Translations under genes and position numbers: made by a program
Assembly (NCBI GenBank): GCA_050999075.1
Contig: JBPCPO010000072.1
Location: 16,378 to 80,377, forward strand
Direction: 5' to 3'
DNA length: 64,000 bases
Source: Solirubrobacteraceae bacterium
Lineage (GTDB): Bacteria; Actinomycetota; Thermoleophilia; Solirubrobacterales; Solirubrobacteraceae
Notes under the pieces: model-generated
What the model was told of the DNA's origin: nothing
Databases searched by the model: none
Seen by the model: only the letters and a program-made list of their open reading frames with translations
Shown: positions 22,859-32,228 of the stretch, one piece after another
Layout: each line of letters opens with the position of its first letter
Numbering within the stretch: the first letter of the stretch is position 1

Positions 22859-23641
22859 CTACTTCGTGATCGGCGTAGTGATGGGTGGGGTCGGAGTGGT
22901 GAGCGGAGGGAGCGTGCTGTTGGCCACCGTGCAGAACAGGTTCCCGAGCACGCCCCCGCCGCGGGTGGCCGTCACCGAGAGATGCACCCGGTTGAGGTCG
23001 ACCACGAGCCCCAGGAGCTGCAGGTTGAGCGGTCCCACGACGAGGTCGAGCACCGGGCAGGTGGGACTCGCCGTCGCGGCGGCGGTCGCGGCGGGATTGA
23101 GGTAGGCGCTGAAGCGCAGCACGTGTCCGTGCTGGGCGCGAACCCCCGCTGACAGCGCGGTGGCCGCCGCCGTGCGCGCCGACGCCAACTTGGCCCTGAC
23201 CAGGCGGCAGAACAGCGTTCCCAGCACGCCCCCGTGGGGGTTGCCGGTGACGTCGAGCTGGACCTTGTCCAGGTGGGCGTTGAGGCCGAGCAGATTGAGC
23301 GACAGCTCGTTGAGGAACAGGTGCAGCACCTTGCACTTGCCCCCGGTCGCCGCGATCAGCGCGACCTTGGTGTGCACCGTGTCGGTGTGACCGGCGTTGT
23401 CGGTGATGCTCGCGGTGACCATGCCGGTGGCCGTCGTCGCCCTTCCCGCGGTGTTGAACCGCAGAACCTCGACTCCGACCGCCAGCTTCGCCGGCTTCCG
23501 GGTCGCAGGGGCCACGGGCGCGGCCGTGAAGGCCGGTGCGGCGGAGGCGGTGGAGACAGTCGAAAGTGCGGCGATGGCGGCGACGGCGAGCGCCAGCGAG
23601 GCGAGCAGCGGAATCAGTCTGTGCGTACGAGGGCTCGGCAC
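22859..23641 (-). CDS. Secreted protein with two tandem Cys-flanked LxLNLLGL repeat domains
   Basis: Signal peptide (…ASA/AP); SD ggagga; repeats CKVLHL…LNLLGL…GGVLGTLFC and CPVLDL…LQLLGL…GGVLGNLFC. Confidence 0.8.
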   Translation of the reverse strand: MPSPRTHRLIPLLASLALAVAAIAALSTVSTASAAPAFTAAPVAPATRKPAKLAVGVEVLRFNTAGRATTATGMVTASITDNAGHTDTVHTKVALIAATGGKCKVLHLFLNELSLNLLGLNAHLDKVQLDVTGNPHGGVLGTLFCRLVRAKLASARTAAATALSAGVRAQHGHVLRFSAYLNPAATAAATASPTCPVLDLVVGPLNLQLLGLVVDLNRVHLSVTATRGGGVLGNLFCTVANSTLPPLTTPTPPITTPITK

Positions 23642-23727
23642 CTATCCTCCAGGTAATTGAGTGATCATCGACGGTCATTCTCGCGCATTCTTAGAGGAGG
23701 CGTCGTCGTCTGCGCGAACTACGCCCT

Positions 23728-24699
23728 GTGAGCACCACCCAGGGTTCCCTCGCGAGTGGGGTCCCCCTCGTCAGCAGGCGGCTGAGCGAGCTGGCGCTCG
23801 ACTTCCTGGCCTATCTCGAGCTCGAGCGCGGGCTCTCGCGCAACACGCTCGTGGCCTACCGATCCGATCTGCAGCAGTACGGGGCGTTTCTCGGTCGCCA
23901 AGGACGAGATCCGCTCGAGGTGACCCCGGTCGACCTGGCCGGGTTCGTGTCCGAGGTCGCCCGCGGACGGGAGGGCGGGCCCCCGATCGCGCCCGCGACG
24001 ATCCAGCGCAAGATCGCCTGCCTGCGATCGTTCTACCGCCACCTCAGACGCGAGCAGATCCTCCAGCACGATCCGACCTCCGAGCTGCGCCCCCCCCGGA
24101 TGGGAGGCCGGCTGCCGGGCGTCCTCAGCCGCGACGAGGTCAAGCTTCTGCTCGCTCAACCTCATGGCGCCACCCCGGCGGCATGGCGCGATCGCGCGCT
24201 GCTGGAGACCATGTACGCCAGTGGGCTCCGCGCGTCGGAGGCCACCGGCCTCGAGCTCTCCGAGCTCGACCTCGACGCGGGCTTCCTCCGGGCGCGGGGC
24301 AAGGGATCCAAGGAGCGGATCGTGCCGGTCGGCAGCACCGCGATCCAGACGCTGCGGTCCTACCTGCGCAGCGCCCGGCCCCAGCTCGTCGGCCTGCGAG
24401 ACGAGCAGCACGTGTTCGTCAACCTCCGAGGTGTCGGATTGTCTCGACAGGGCCTGTACAAGATCGTCCAGCGTCACGCCCGCAGCGCCGGGCTCGAGCA
24501 CCGAATGAGTCCGCATACCCTCCGCCACACCTTTGCCACCCACCTGCTGGCCGGAGGGTGCGATCTGCGCTCGCTGCAGGAGATGCTCGGACACGCCGAC
24601 ATCGGAACGACACAGCTCTACACCCACCTGTCCACCGAGCGCCTGCGGGAGGTGTACTTCGAGGCTCATCCGCGAGCGCAGATCGACCGCGACTCCTAG
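23728..24699 (+). CDS. xerD: Tyrosine recombinase XerD
   Basis: ERGLSRNTLVAYRSDL, RDRALLETMYASGLRASE, GKGSKER, LSRQG, SPHTLRHTFATHLL; pyrG-nudF-xerD context. Confidence 0.9.
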   Translation: MSTTQGSLASGVPLVSRRLSELALDFLAYLELERGLSRNTLVAYRSDLQQYGAFLGRQGRDPLEVTPVDLAGFVSEVARGREGGPPIAPATIQRKIACLRSFYRHLRREQILQHDPTSELRPPRMGGRLPGVLSRDEVKLLLAQPHGATPAAWRDRALLETMYASGLRASEATGLELSELDLDAGFLRARGKGSKERIVPVGSTAIQTLRSYLRSARPQLVGLRDEQHVFVNLRGVGLSRQGLYKIVQRHARSAGLEHRMSPHTLRHTFATHLLAGGCDLRSLQEMLGHADIGTTQLYTHLSTERLREVYFEAHPRAQIDRDS

Positions 24700-24754
24700 C
24701 CCACAGGCGGGGGGGGTCGGCGGTCGTTGCGGATGACATGCCAAAATCAAGCTG

Positions 24755-25351
24755 GTGCTTCGTCCCGCCTCGATGGTCCTCGCGCTGCTCGTGCTGCTTG
24801 CTGGTTGTGGCAACTCGCGCACTCCCGTGCCGAGCGGGAGCGGTCCGGCCACGCCGTACCGGTTTCGAACCATCCGATACCTGCCCTCCGGCGTGCAGTT
24901 CGAGGTTCCCCGCGACTGGAGCTTGGCCCCGAGCCAGCCGCCGCTCGTGGCCACCGTGAGCTCGGGACCCGCCCTCGTGGCGGTGTGGCGCTACCCGCGT
25001 GCCAATCCACCCCCGCCTCCGGGCGCGCTGGCCGGGGCCAGAGCGCGGCTGATTCGCTCCGTGCAAGCCCGCGATCCCTCCTTCCAGTTGATCCGCTCCA
25101 AGCTCGTGATGGTCGGGGCTGCTCCCGGAGTCGAGCTCGACGCGACTGAGCAGTTCCAAGGTCAGCTGCGCCGTGTCCGCTCGACCCACGTGTTCGTCGA
25201 GGGCGCCGAGGTGGTGCTCGACGAGTACGCGCCGCCAAGCCTGTTCCGCGCCGTCGACCACAGCGTGTTCTCGCCGCTGAAGCGATCGCTGCAGCTGTTC
25301 TCGCCGATCCCCCTGCCTCCGGTCGGCCCCGTGAAACCGATCATTCCGTGA
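24755..25351 (+). CDS. Putative lipoprotein
   Basis: Lipobox LLAGC after a hydrophobic stretch; possible PsbP/Mog1-like domain (unverified). Confidence 0.7.
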   Translation: MLRPASMVLALLVLLAGCGNSRTPVPSGSGPATPYRFRTIRYLPSGVQFEVPRDWSLAPSQPPLVATVSSGPALVAVWRYPRANPPPPPGALAGARARLIRSVQARDPSFQLIRSKLVMVGAAPGVELDATEQFQGQLRRVRSTHVFVEGAEVVLDEYAPPSLFRAVDHSVFSPLKRSLQLFSPIPLPPVGPVKPIIP

Positions 25352-25424
25352 TGCCGATCGGCCCCATGAGGTCGATCGCACGGTGACGCCGATCGCGCCG
25401 TGAGGCGGGTCGCCCCATGAGGTG
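25321..25424. repeat. Six degenerate 17-18 bp tandem repeats (consensus about GATCGGCCCCGTGAGGCC)
   Basis: ggtcggccccgtgaaacc / gatcattccgtgatgcc / gatcggccccatgaggtc / gatcgcacggtgacgcc / gatcgcgccgtgaggcg / ggtcgccccatgaggtg. Confidence 0.55.
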
Positions 25425-25757
25425 GGCGGCCTGCGCCTGCCGACGCTCGTCTACGGGCATCGCCACGACCTCGAGGGCTTTCATCGTGCGCTGCAGGAGA
25501 TCGATTCTTACGTCGCGTCGTGGTTGGCGCTGATGAAACCAGAGGACCTGCTGATGCTCACCGCCGACCATGGCTGCGACCCGACCTCTCCGCACGGCGA
25601 CCATACGCGGGAGCGGGTGCCACTGCCGGCGGTGCTTCCCGGCCACGGAACCCCTCGCCACGACGGGCCGATGGCGGACGTGGGCGCCAGCGTCCTGCGG
25701 TGGCTGACGGGTCGGGATGCTCCGGAGCTGCCGGGCGAGACCTTCGTCTCGAGCTGA
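25422..25757 (+). pseudogene. deoB: 5'-truncated phosphopentomutase (C-terminal fragment)
   Basis: YGHRHDLEGF…ALQEID, LMLTADHGCDPT…DHTRERVPL; about 100 aa of a roughly 400-aa enzyme. Confidence 0.8.
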
Positions 25758-25762
25758 CCGGG

Positions 25763-26605
25763 ATGCCCGAGCTGCCCGAAGTTGAGACGATCCGCCGCCA
25801 ACTGGCGCCGTACCTGCAGGGTCGAACGATCATCGAGGCTCAGATCCTCGACTCCCGCTGGACTCGTCCCGATGACCCGGCGCCGCTCGAGGACGAGCTG
25901 CGGGGGGCCGTTGTGGAGCACCTTGCGCGCGCCGGCAAGTACCTGATCTGGGGCCTGTCGGGTGATCGGCATCTCTTGATGCATCTGCGCATGACCGGAG
26001 CGCTGCTCCTCGACCCCGAGGTGCCCCCCTCCCACGCCCGCGTGCGGTTCAAGCTCGAGGGCGGCCACCGAGTCGTGTACGTCGACCCGCGGCGCTTCGG
26101 AACCGGCCATCTGCTGCACGGAAGCTTCGCGCGGGAGGCTTATCTCGAGGCGCGCCTGGGTGTCGAGCCGTTCACGCCCGGGTTCACCGCCGAGCACCTG
26201 GCGACGCTCGCGCGGGGTCGCCGTGCGCCGGTGAAGGCGTTCGTCCTCGATCAGCGCCAGATTGCCGGCGTGGGCAACATCTACGCCGACGAGGCGCTGT
26301 TCCGCGCCGGGATCCATCCGCTGCGGCCCGCGGGTGCGCTCACCGGCGTACAGTTGAGGCGCTTGCGCGACGCGATCGAGGAGGTGCTGCGGGCCGGGAT
26401 CCAGGCCAAGGGCGCGACGATCGACGACTTCCGGCACATCGACGGCGCTCGGGGTTCGTTTCAGGACCGCTTCCTCGTCCACCGGCGGGCGGGTGAGCCA
26501 TGCCCCATCTGCTCCCGTCCGGTGCGCAAGATCACCGTCGGCGGCCGCGGCACCTACGTGTGCGAGCACTGCCAGCGCCGGCCCCGAGCCCGCCGGTCGC
26601 GCTGA
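25763..26605 (+). CDS. mutM: Formamidopyrimidine-DNA glycosylase
   Basis: MPELPEVE start, HLRMTG, DPRRFG, GVGNIYADE, C-terminal C4 zinc finger. Confidence 0.96.
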   Translation: MPELPEVETIRRQLAPYLQGRTIIEAQILDSRWTRPDDPAPLEDELRGAVVEHLARAGKYLIWGLSGDRHLLMHLRMTGALLLDPEVPPSHARVRFKLEGGHRVVYVDPRRFGTGHLLHGSFAREAYLEARLGVEPFTPGFTAEHLATLARGRRAPVKAFVLDQRQIAGVGNIYADEALFRAGIHPLRPAGALTGVQLRRLRDAIEEVLRAGIQAKGATIDDFRHIDGARGSFQDRFLVHRRAGEPCPICSRPVRKITVGGRGTYVCEHCQRRPRARRSR

Positions 26606-26656
26606 GCACTCCCTGGAGGTCCGTGGTCCCGGCGCCCGGGACGGGCGGGGTGAGGG

Positions 26657-26914
26657 TCAGTACGCGGCCACCAGGCCCGACAGCCGCCCCTCGCGATCGG
26701 CGAGCAGCAGCTCGTCGAATCCGCCGATCGGTTGGCCCTCGATGATGATCTGCGGAAAGGTCACCATCCCGGTGTGGCGAGACAGCTCCGCGCGGCCGTC
26801 CGGGTCCTTTGCCAAGTTCACTTCTTCATAGACAATCTTCCGGCGTTGCAAGAGCGCCTTGGCGCTCACGCAACGAGAGCAGTGCTCGGTGGTGTAAACG
26901 GTGACGGTTCTCAT
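26657..26914 (-). CDS. Glutaredoxin
   Basis: MRTVTVYT…CSRC…TFPQI…IGGFDEL; TATACT -10 10 nt upstream of the ATG. Confidence 0.88.
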   Translation of the reverse strand: MRTVTVYTTEHCSRCVSAKALLQRRKIVYEEVNLAKDPDGRAELSRHTGMVTFPQIIIEGQPIGGFDELLLADREGRLSGLVAAY

Positions 26915-26998
26915 AACTTCAGAAAGTATAGCGCGCGGAGAGTCGTGCATGCGCCGGTCCCGCACGGACGCCTCGTGGACGGGAGAACGGGCTGGCTC

Positions 26999-27739
26999 GT
27001 GCCGGCTGCGCTGAAAACGGAGGCCATCGTCCTGCGTTCGATTCGCTATGGCGAAGCGGACCGCATCCTGCATCTCTACACCCCGCTGCACGGGCGTTTG
27101 GGCGCGATCGCCAAGGGTGCCCGCCGATCGCGCAGCCGCTTCGGCGCCCGCCTGGAACCCTTCTTCCAAGTCCGCACGATGCTCCACGACGGCCGGGGGC
27201 ACCTGTTCACGGTGACGGCGGCGGACACAGTCGCGGCCCATGCCGGAATCCGCGATCACGCCGTCACGCTCGACGCCGCGGCTCGCGCCTGCGACGCCGT
27301 CGCGCGGCTGTTCGAGACCCCGGATCCCCATCCCGAGGTCTTCCGCCTGCTGGCCAACGAGCTCGCCCTGCTGAGCTCGAGCGTGGCTCACGCGCGGTCG
27401 GCGACCGGCCTCGCGTTCCGCTTGAAGCTGCTGCTCGCGGCGGGAATCGTGCCCCAGCTGGGATCCTGCGCAGCCTGTGGTGAGCTCGAGCACCTACAGG
27501 GGTTCTCGGCCGCCGCCGGTGGCGTGGTCTGCGGCTCGTGCGAGGCCGCCGCGTTTGTCCTCGGCGAAGAGTCCTACCGATTTCTCGTCGGAGCGCTCGG
27601 CCGGCCACTCGCGCAGGCCCCCGATGCTTCCGAGCGGGCACTACGCCAAGCCGAGCGGGCGATCATCGAGATGGCCGAGCACCACGCCCACGTGCACCTG
27701 CGGCCGCTGTTGCGCCCGGGCGCCGGAAAGCGCCGTTGA
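26999..27739 (+). CDS. recO: DNA repair protein RecO
   Basis: TEAIVLRSIRYGEADRIL, AKGARRSRSRFGARLEPF, CAAC…CGSC. Confidence 0.93.
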   Translation: MPAALKTEAIVLRSIRYGEADRILHLYTPLHGRLGAIAKGARRSRSRFGARLEPFFQVRTMLHDGRGHLFTVTAADTVAAHAGIRDHAVTLDAAARACDAVARLFETPDPHPEVFRLLANELALLSSSVAHARSATGLAFRLKLLLAAGIVPQLGSCAACGELEHLQGFSAAAGGVVCGSCEAAAFVLGEESYRFLVGALGRPLAQAPDASERALRQAERAIIEMAEHHAHVHLRPLLRPGAGKRR

Positions 27740-27755
27740 CGGCCGCGGCTCAGTC

Positions 27756-27787
27756 GGCGGGGAGGCGGGGAGGCGGGGAGGCGGGGA
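27756..27787 (+). repeat. Perfect (GGCGGGGA)x4 tandem repeat; potential G-quadruplex
   Basis: Four exact 8-mers, each with a GGGG run. Confidence 0.85.
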
Positions 27788-27883
27788 AGGGTGCTCGCGG
27801 GCACGGTGCAGCAGAGCGGTGGCTGCGGGGCTCGTGGGACCGTCTCGGCCGGGATCGACGTCGGCGCCATCGGCGTGGCGTAC

Positions 27884-28150
27884 GCCATCGCCATATCCGT
27901 CGTCGACACGTCGCGGGCCGGGATGGCCTCCGCGGTGGTCAAGCTCTGCGCCAGGTCGGCCAGGTGTTTGGAGTCGCCGTCGTCGGGGCACTCGTCTATG
28001 CCCACCTGCCGGGATCAGGCGGGGGGGACGACTGGGGGCGAAGGCCGGGTCGCTGTTCATCGGCGGGCTGCACCACGCCCGTGCGTATCGGGGCTGGCGC
28101 TGCTCGGCGCCGGCGCCCTGTCGCCCTCCTGCTGGGGCGCGATCGGGTCC
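27884..28150 (+). pseudogene. Frameshifted C-terminal relic of a DHA2-type MFS transporter
   Basis: AISVVDTSRAGMASAVV / ALRQVGQVFGVAVVGALVY / LFIGGLHHA / VSGLALLGAGAL spread across different frames. Confidence 0.65.
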
Positions 28151-28303
28151 CCCCGACGGCCCGGAGATCATCACGGGGAGGAACCTCCCACACCAACTCG
28201 GCGTAGCCGGTGAGGGGGATCTCGCGTCTATCGATCGGCCGCGCGATCGGACCGGATCCGCGGAGCCACGTTCAACGAGCGCGCCGCCCGGGCTGTCAGA
28301 ATC

Positions 28304-29365
28304 GTGACCGTGAACGATCCGGTTCTCTCCGCCGCCTACGAGCACCCGTCCGGGCCGCTCGCCGCCGCGATCCCGGCGCGGGTTCGGGCCCGGGAGGAGC
28401 GCGAGCTCTCGCCCCTGGCGACCCGCTCCTATCCCGCCGGGCGGCTCAGACCCGAACCCGATTGCGAGCTGCGAACCCCGTTTCAGCGCGATCGAGACCG
28501 AATCGTGCACTGCAAGGCGTTCCGGCGCCTCAAGCACAAGACCCAGGTGTTCGTCTCCCCGGAGGGAGACCACTACCGGACCCGGTTGACGCACACCCTC
28601 GAGGTCACGCAGGTCTCACGCACCGTCGCTCGTGCCCTGGCGCTCAACGAGGATCTCGTGGAGGCGATCGGCCTCGGCCACGATCTCGGCCATCCGCCGT
28701 TTGGCCATGTCGGTGAGGCGGCGCTTCACCGGCGTCTGGTCGAGCGCTTCGGCTCCTCGTTCCTGCACCACGAGCACTCGTTGCGCGTCGTGGACACGCT
28801 CGAGCGCGAGGGGCAGGGCCTCAACCTGACGATGCCCGTGCGCGACGGGATCCTCGGGCACTCGAGCCGCGCCGTTGCCCCCTCGACGCTCGAAGGCAAG
28901 ATCGTGCGCCTGGTCGACCGGATCGCGTACATAAACCACGACATCGACGATGCCCTTCGGGCCGGTGTGATCGGGGTCGGCGATCTGCCCGCGGGTCCGA
29001 TCGCCACTCTGGGCGGCACCGGGCCACGGCGGATCGACGCCCTGGTGCACGATCTCGTCGAGCATTCCGAGGTCGCCGGGGAGATCATCCAGGGAGAGCA
29101 CGTCGGCGGCGCAATGGCGCAGCTGCGCACCTTCATGTTCGAGCGCGTCTACATGAGGCCGCAGGCCACCCGGGAGCACGCCAAGATCGAGCTCGTCGTG
29201 GGCTCGCTGTTCGATCGGTACTGCGCCCATCCGGAGGAGATTCCCAACTCCATTCCCGCGGGCGAGCCGGCTCGCCGGGTCACGGACTACCTCGCCGGGA
29301 TGACGGACCGGTTCTGCATCCGAGCCTTCGAAGCGATGAGCGTGCCGGTCGCGTTCGCGCCATGA
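28304..29365 (+). CDS. dgt: dGTP triphosphohydrolase
   Basis: RTPFQRDRDRIVHCKAFRRLKHKTQVF, RTRLTH, HDLGHPPFGH, DYLAGMTD. Confidence 0.95.
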   Translation: MTVNDPVLSAAYEHPSGPLAAAIPARVRAREERELSPLATRSYPAGRLRPEPDCELRTPFQRDRDRIVHCKAFRRLKHKTQVFVSPEGDHYRTRLTHTLEVTQVSRTVARALALNEDLVEAIGLGHDLGHPPFGHVGEAALHRRLVERFGSSFLHHEHSLRVVDTLEREGQGLNLTMPVRDGILGHSSRAVAPSTLEGKIVRLVDRIAYINHDIDDALRAGVIGVGDLPAGPIATLGGTGPRRIDALVHDLVEHSEVAGEIIQGEHVGGAMAQLRTFMFERVYMRPQATREHAKIELVVGSLFDRYCAHPEEIPNSIPAGEPARRVTDYLAGMTDRFCIRAFEAMSVPVAFAP

Positions 29366-31173
29366 CGCGATACACCGCCGACTCGCGCGATCGGGTTCGC
29401 GATGCCGTCGACATGGTCGCCCTCGTCTCCGCGCGCACCGAGCTGCGGCGCACCGGGGTCAACAGCTACTTCGGCCTGTGCCCGTTCCACGACGAGCGGA
29501 CCGGGTCCTTCCACGTCCGCCCCGACGAGAAGCACTATCACTGCTTCGGCTGTGCGGCGTCGGGCGATCCGTTCGACTTCGTGATCGAGACGGAGGGGCT
29601 CGACTTCAAGGCCGCGCTCGAGGTGCTCGCCGATCGCTTCGGCGTCAAGCTCGAGACCGAGGCCGAGGACCCGGCCGCCGCGTCGCGCCGTGAGCACCGC
29701 GAGCGCCTTCAGGCGCTGCTGGGGCGGGCCGCGGCGTACTACGCGCGCAATCTGTGGGAGGCGCGAGAGGCCGCGGGGGCAAGGGAGTACCTGCTTCGGC
29801 GTGGCTTGAGCGAGGAGACGCTGCGTGAGTTCCGCATCGGCTACGCCCCCAGTGCCTGGGACCGCATCCTGCTCGCCTCCCGCAAGGCCGGATTCAACGA
29901 TGAAGACCTCCTGGTGGTCGGGCTCGCGCAACGATCGCACACGCGTCCCGGCCAGGTGTACGACCGCTTCCGCGAGCGGATCATGTTTCCGTCCACGGAC
30001 GCCCGCGGCCGTGTGCTCGGATTCGGCGCCCGCGCGATGCGCGAGAACCAGCGCCCGAAGTACCTGAACAGCGCCGAGAACGAGATCTACCACAAGGGCA
30101 GCCAGCTGTTCGGCATCGATCGGGCCAGGTCTTCGGCTGCCCGCACGGGTCGTATGATCCTGGTCGAGGGCTACACCGACGTGCTGGCCCTGCACCAGGC
30201 CGGCTTGCGCCATGCCGTCGGGATCATGGGGACCTCCCTGACCGAGGAGCAGGTACGTGAGCTGGAGCGCAGCGTCGGGGTGCTGGAGCTGTGTCTCGAC
30301 GCCGACCGCGCCGGCCAGGACGCGATGCTGCGCGCGTCGCGTCTGGCGGCGGGAAGCCGGCTCGAGCTCCGGGTGGTGTCGCTGCCCGAGGGAACAGATC
30401 CGGCCGAGCTGATCGAGCGCGAGGGAGGCGAGGCGCTACGCACGCGCGTGGCGGCTTCGATGCCGTTCGTGGCCTTCGAGGTCGACAGGATCCTCGAGCG
30501 CGCGGACGTTCGCAGCGCCGAGGGACGTGACCGCGCCCTCGGTGAGCTTGTACCGGTGCTGAGCGAGGTGCCGGCGAGCGTGCTGCGCGACGACCTGCTG
30601 CGGCGGGTGGCGGGGAGGCTCGAGCTCTCAGAGGGCCGGCTGTCCTCGCTGGGCTCGCGCGCCGGATCGGCTCGCGGCGCGCCGTCCGGGAACGAGGCCT
30701 CACGCGCCGGCGCGCACGCCGGCGCGGCCGACACCGTGGTGAGTCTCCCGGCGCTTGACTACGGCGTCCGCGCCGAGCGGACGTTCCTGGCCCTCTGCAT
30801 AGCTCTGCCCGACGCGGGGGCGCAAGCGCTCAGCACGATCGATTCTGACGCGCTCCTCACCAGCGCGCCGCTTCGCCGCGCCGCGCGCCACCTCGTCGGT
30901 GCAACCGCCGAGCCCCTGCGCGGACTCCCCTCTGACGACGAAGAGCTGGCCGTGGTGATCGCCGACCTCGTGGCTCGGGCGGGCCGGGCCGGCGAGGTGG
31001 GGGCGGAGCGTCTGGAGCACGCCCGGCTCGTACTCGAGCGCGACCGCATCGACCGCGCGATCCGACGGTCACGGGGAGTGGCCGGAACGGACCAGACCGC
31101 GCTGGCGCGGGAGCGACAGGTGGTCCTCGAAGCGATTCGTGGTGTGGTTGGACGTCTGGAAAGGGCGGTGTGA
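29362..31173 (+). CDS. dnaG: DNA primase
   Basis: CPFH…CFGC zinc ribbon, DRFRERIMFP, KYLNS, VEGYTD, LDADRAG. Confidence 0.96.
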   Translation: MTRYTADSRDRVRDAVDMVALVSARTELRRTGVNSYFGLCPFHDERTGSFHVRPDEKHYHCFGCAASGDPFDFVIETEGLDFKAALEVLADRFGVKLETEAEDPAAASRREHRERLQALLGRAAAYYARNLWEAREAAGAREYLLRRGLSEETLREFRIGYAPSAWDRILLASRKAGFNDEDLLVVGLAQRSHTRPGQVYDRFRERIMFPSTDARGRVLGFGARAMRENQRPKYLNSAENEIYHKGSQLFGIDRARSSAARTGRMILVEGYTDVLALHQAGLRHAVGIMGTSLTEEQVRELERSVGVLELCLDADRAGQDAMLRASRLAAGSRLELRVVSLPEGTDPAELIEREGGEALRTRVAASMPFVAFEVDRILERADVRSAEGRDRALGELVPVLSEVPASVLRDDLLRRVAGRLELSEGRLSSLGSRAGSARGAPSGNEASRAGAHAGAADTVVSLPALDYGVRAERTFLALCIALPDAGAQALSTIDSDALLTSAPLRRAARHLVGATAEPLRGLPSDDEELAVVIADLVARAGRAGEVGAERLEHARLVLERDRIDRAIRRSRGVAGTDQTALARERQVVLEAIRGVVGRLERAV

Positions 31174-31324
31174 AACGCCGAGAGGGGGGAGGGGTTGGCT
31201 CCCCGACGAATTGGGTGGTGGTTCTCCGATGGCGACGAATGAGGGCAGATGAGTCCCGCGGACGTGAAGGAGCCCCAGCTCGTGCGGCAGAGTCGCCGGT
31301 TGGCGATCCCGTCCCCGCCGCAGA

Positions 31325-31717
31325 TCAGGTCCGGGCTGGCTCGCCCGGGTGCGGTGCTGCTCCGTCGAGAAGGAAGGTCTCGACGGCGACGTCGGGCTCC
31401 ATGTGGTTGGCGCTCATGAACGCGGCTACCTTGCGCCCGGTTATCGCTTCGATACCCGCGATGAAGTCGGTGCGCATCGTCATCTGAAACGCCAGGCGCG
31501 TGCTGAGAACCAAGTCCTCCTTCCCGTCTCTGACCAGGCTTCGCTCGCCCTTGGTCAACGTGTCCTGCAGCAGCACGGTGACGAGATCTTCATTCAGGTA
31601 CGTGCGGGCCTTCGTAGGGCCACGACCGGTGTACTCGTTCATCAATCGGACGACCAGGTTCGAGATCGCTGCGGCGGTGCAACCGTCGCCGCGATGCTCG
31701 GTGAGGGTGCTGGACAT
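31325..31717 (-). CDS. DUF2294/MpsC-family protein
   Basis: ISNLVVRLMNEYTGRGPTKARTY…TLTKGERSL…R…IEAITGRKV. Confidence 0.8.
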   Translation of the reverse strand: MSSTLTEHRGDGCTAAAISNLVVRLMNEYTGRGPTKARTYLNEDLVTVLLQDTLTKGERSLVRDGKEDLVLSTRLAFQMTMRTDFIAGIEAITGRKVAAFMSANHMEPDVAVETFLLDGAAPHPGEPART

Positions 31718-31880
31718 AGCCAGCCCTTCTCGCCTCCCTCCGGGGATCGGCGGCGCGAGAAGGAGAGAGACGGATGAATCCGTGCGCGCGGCCCGCGTTC
31801 CTCGATCGACCCAGTCTGGCCACGAGAACCCGCGTAGGAAGCGATTCTACCAGCGGTTCAGCCGGATTCCCGATCTGCCT

Positions 31881-32228
31881 TCAGTCGTCAAACCGAAATA
31901 CTCCGTCGGTATCAGTCAGCTCGAACATTCGTTGCACGGCTCGCGGTCCCCGCAGCAGCGATAGCTCATGGCCGTTCGCGCCTGAGCGCTCCTGCGCGCT
32001 CAGGAGTACGTGCAGGCCCGCGCTGTCCATGAAGGCAAGCCGGCTGAGATCGAGCACGACTCGGCCCGAGCATTCGGCTTGTTCTGCGCTGCGCAGTTCG
32101 TCCTCGAACCGCGCACACGAGGACAGGTCAAGCTCGCCGCAGAGCGTCAGCACCAGCCGGTCGCCCTGCGCCTGGCGCTTGACCACCAGTCCACGACTCG
32201 AGGACTTCAGATCGTCCACCACACTCAC
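31881..32228 (-). CDS. STAS-domain anti-sigma factor antagonist
   Basis: LCGELDL, VVLDLSRLAFMDSAGL with the phosphorylatable Ser, VQRMFELT. Confidence 0.88.
   Translation of the reverse strand: MSVVDDLKSSSRGLVVKRQAQGDRLVLTLCGELDLSSCARFEDELRSAEQAECSGRVVLDLSRLAFMDSAGLHVLLSAQERSGANGHELSLLRGPRAVQRMFELTDTDGVFRFDD

Noticed and set aside
31174-31324. Absence of rpoD after dnaG
   Set aside because: dgt-dnaG followed by tRNA-Asn without rpoD is common in Actinobacteria
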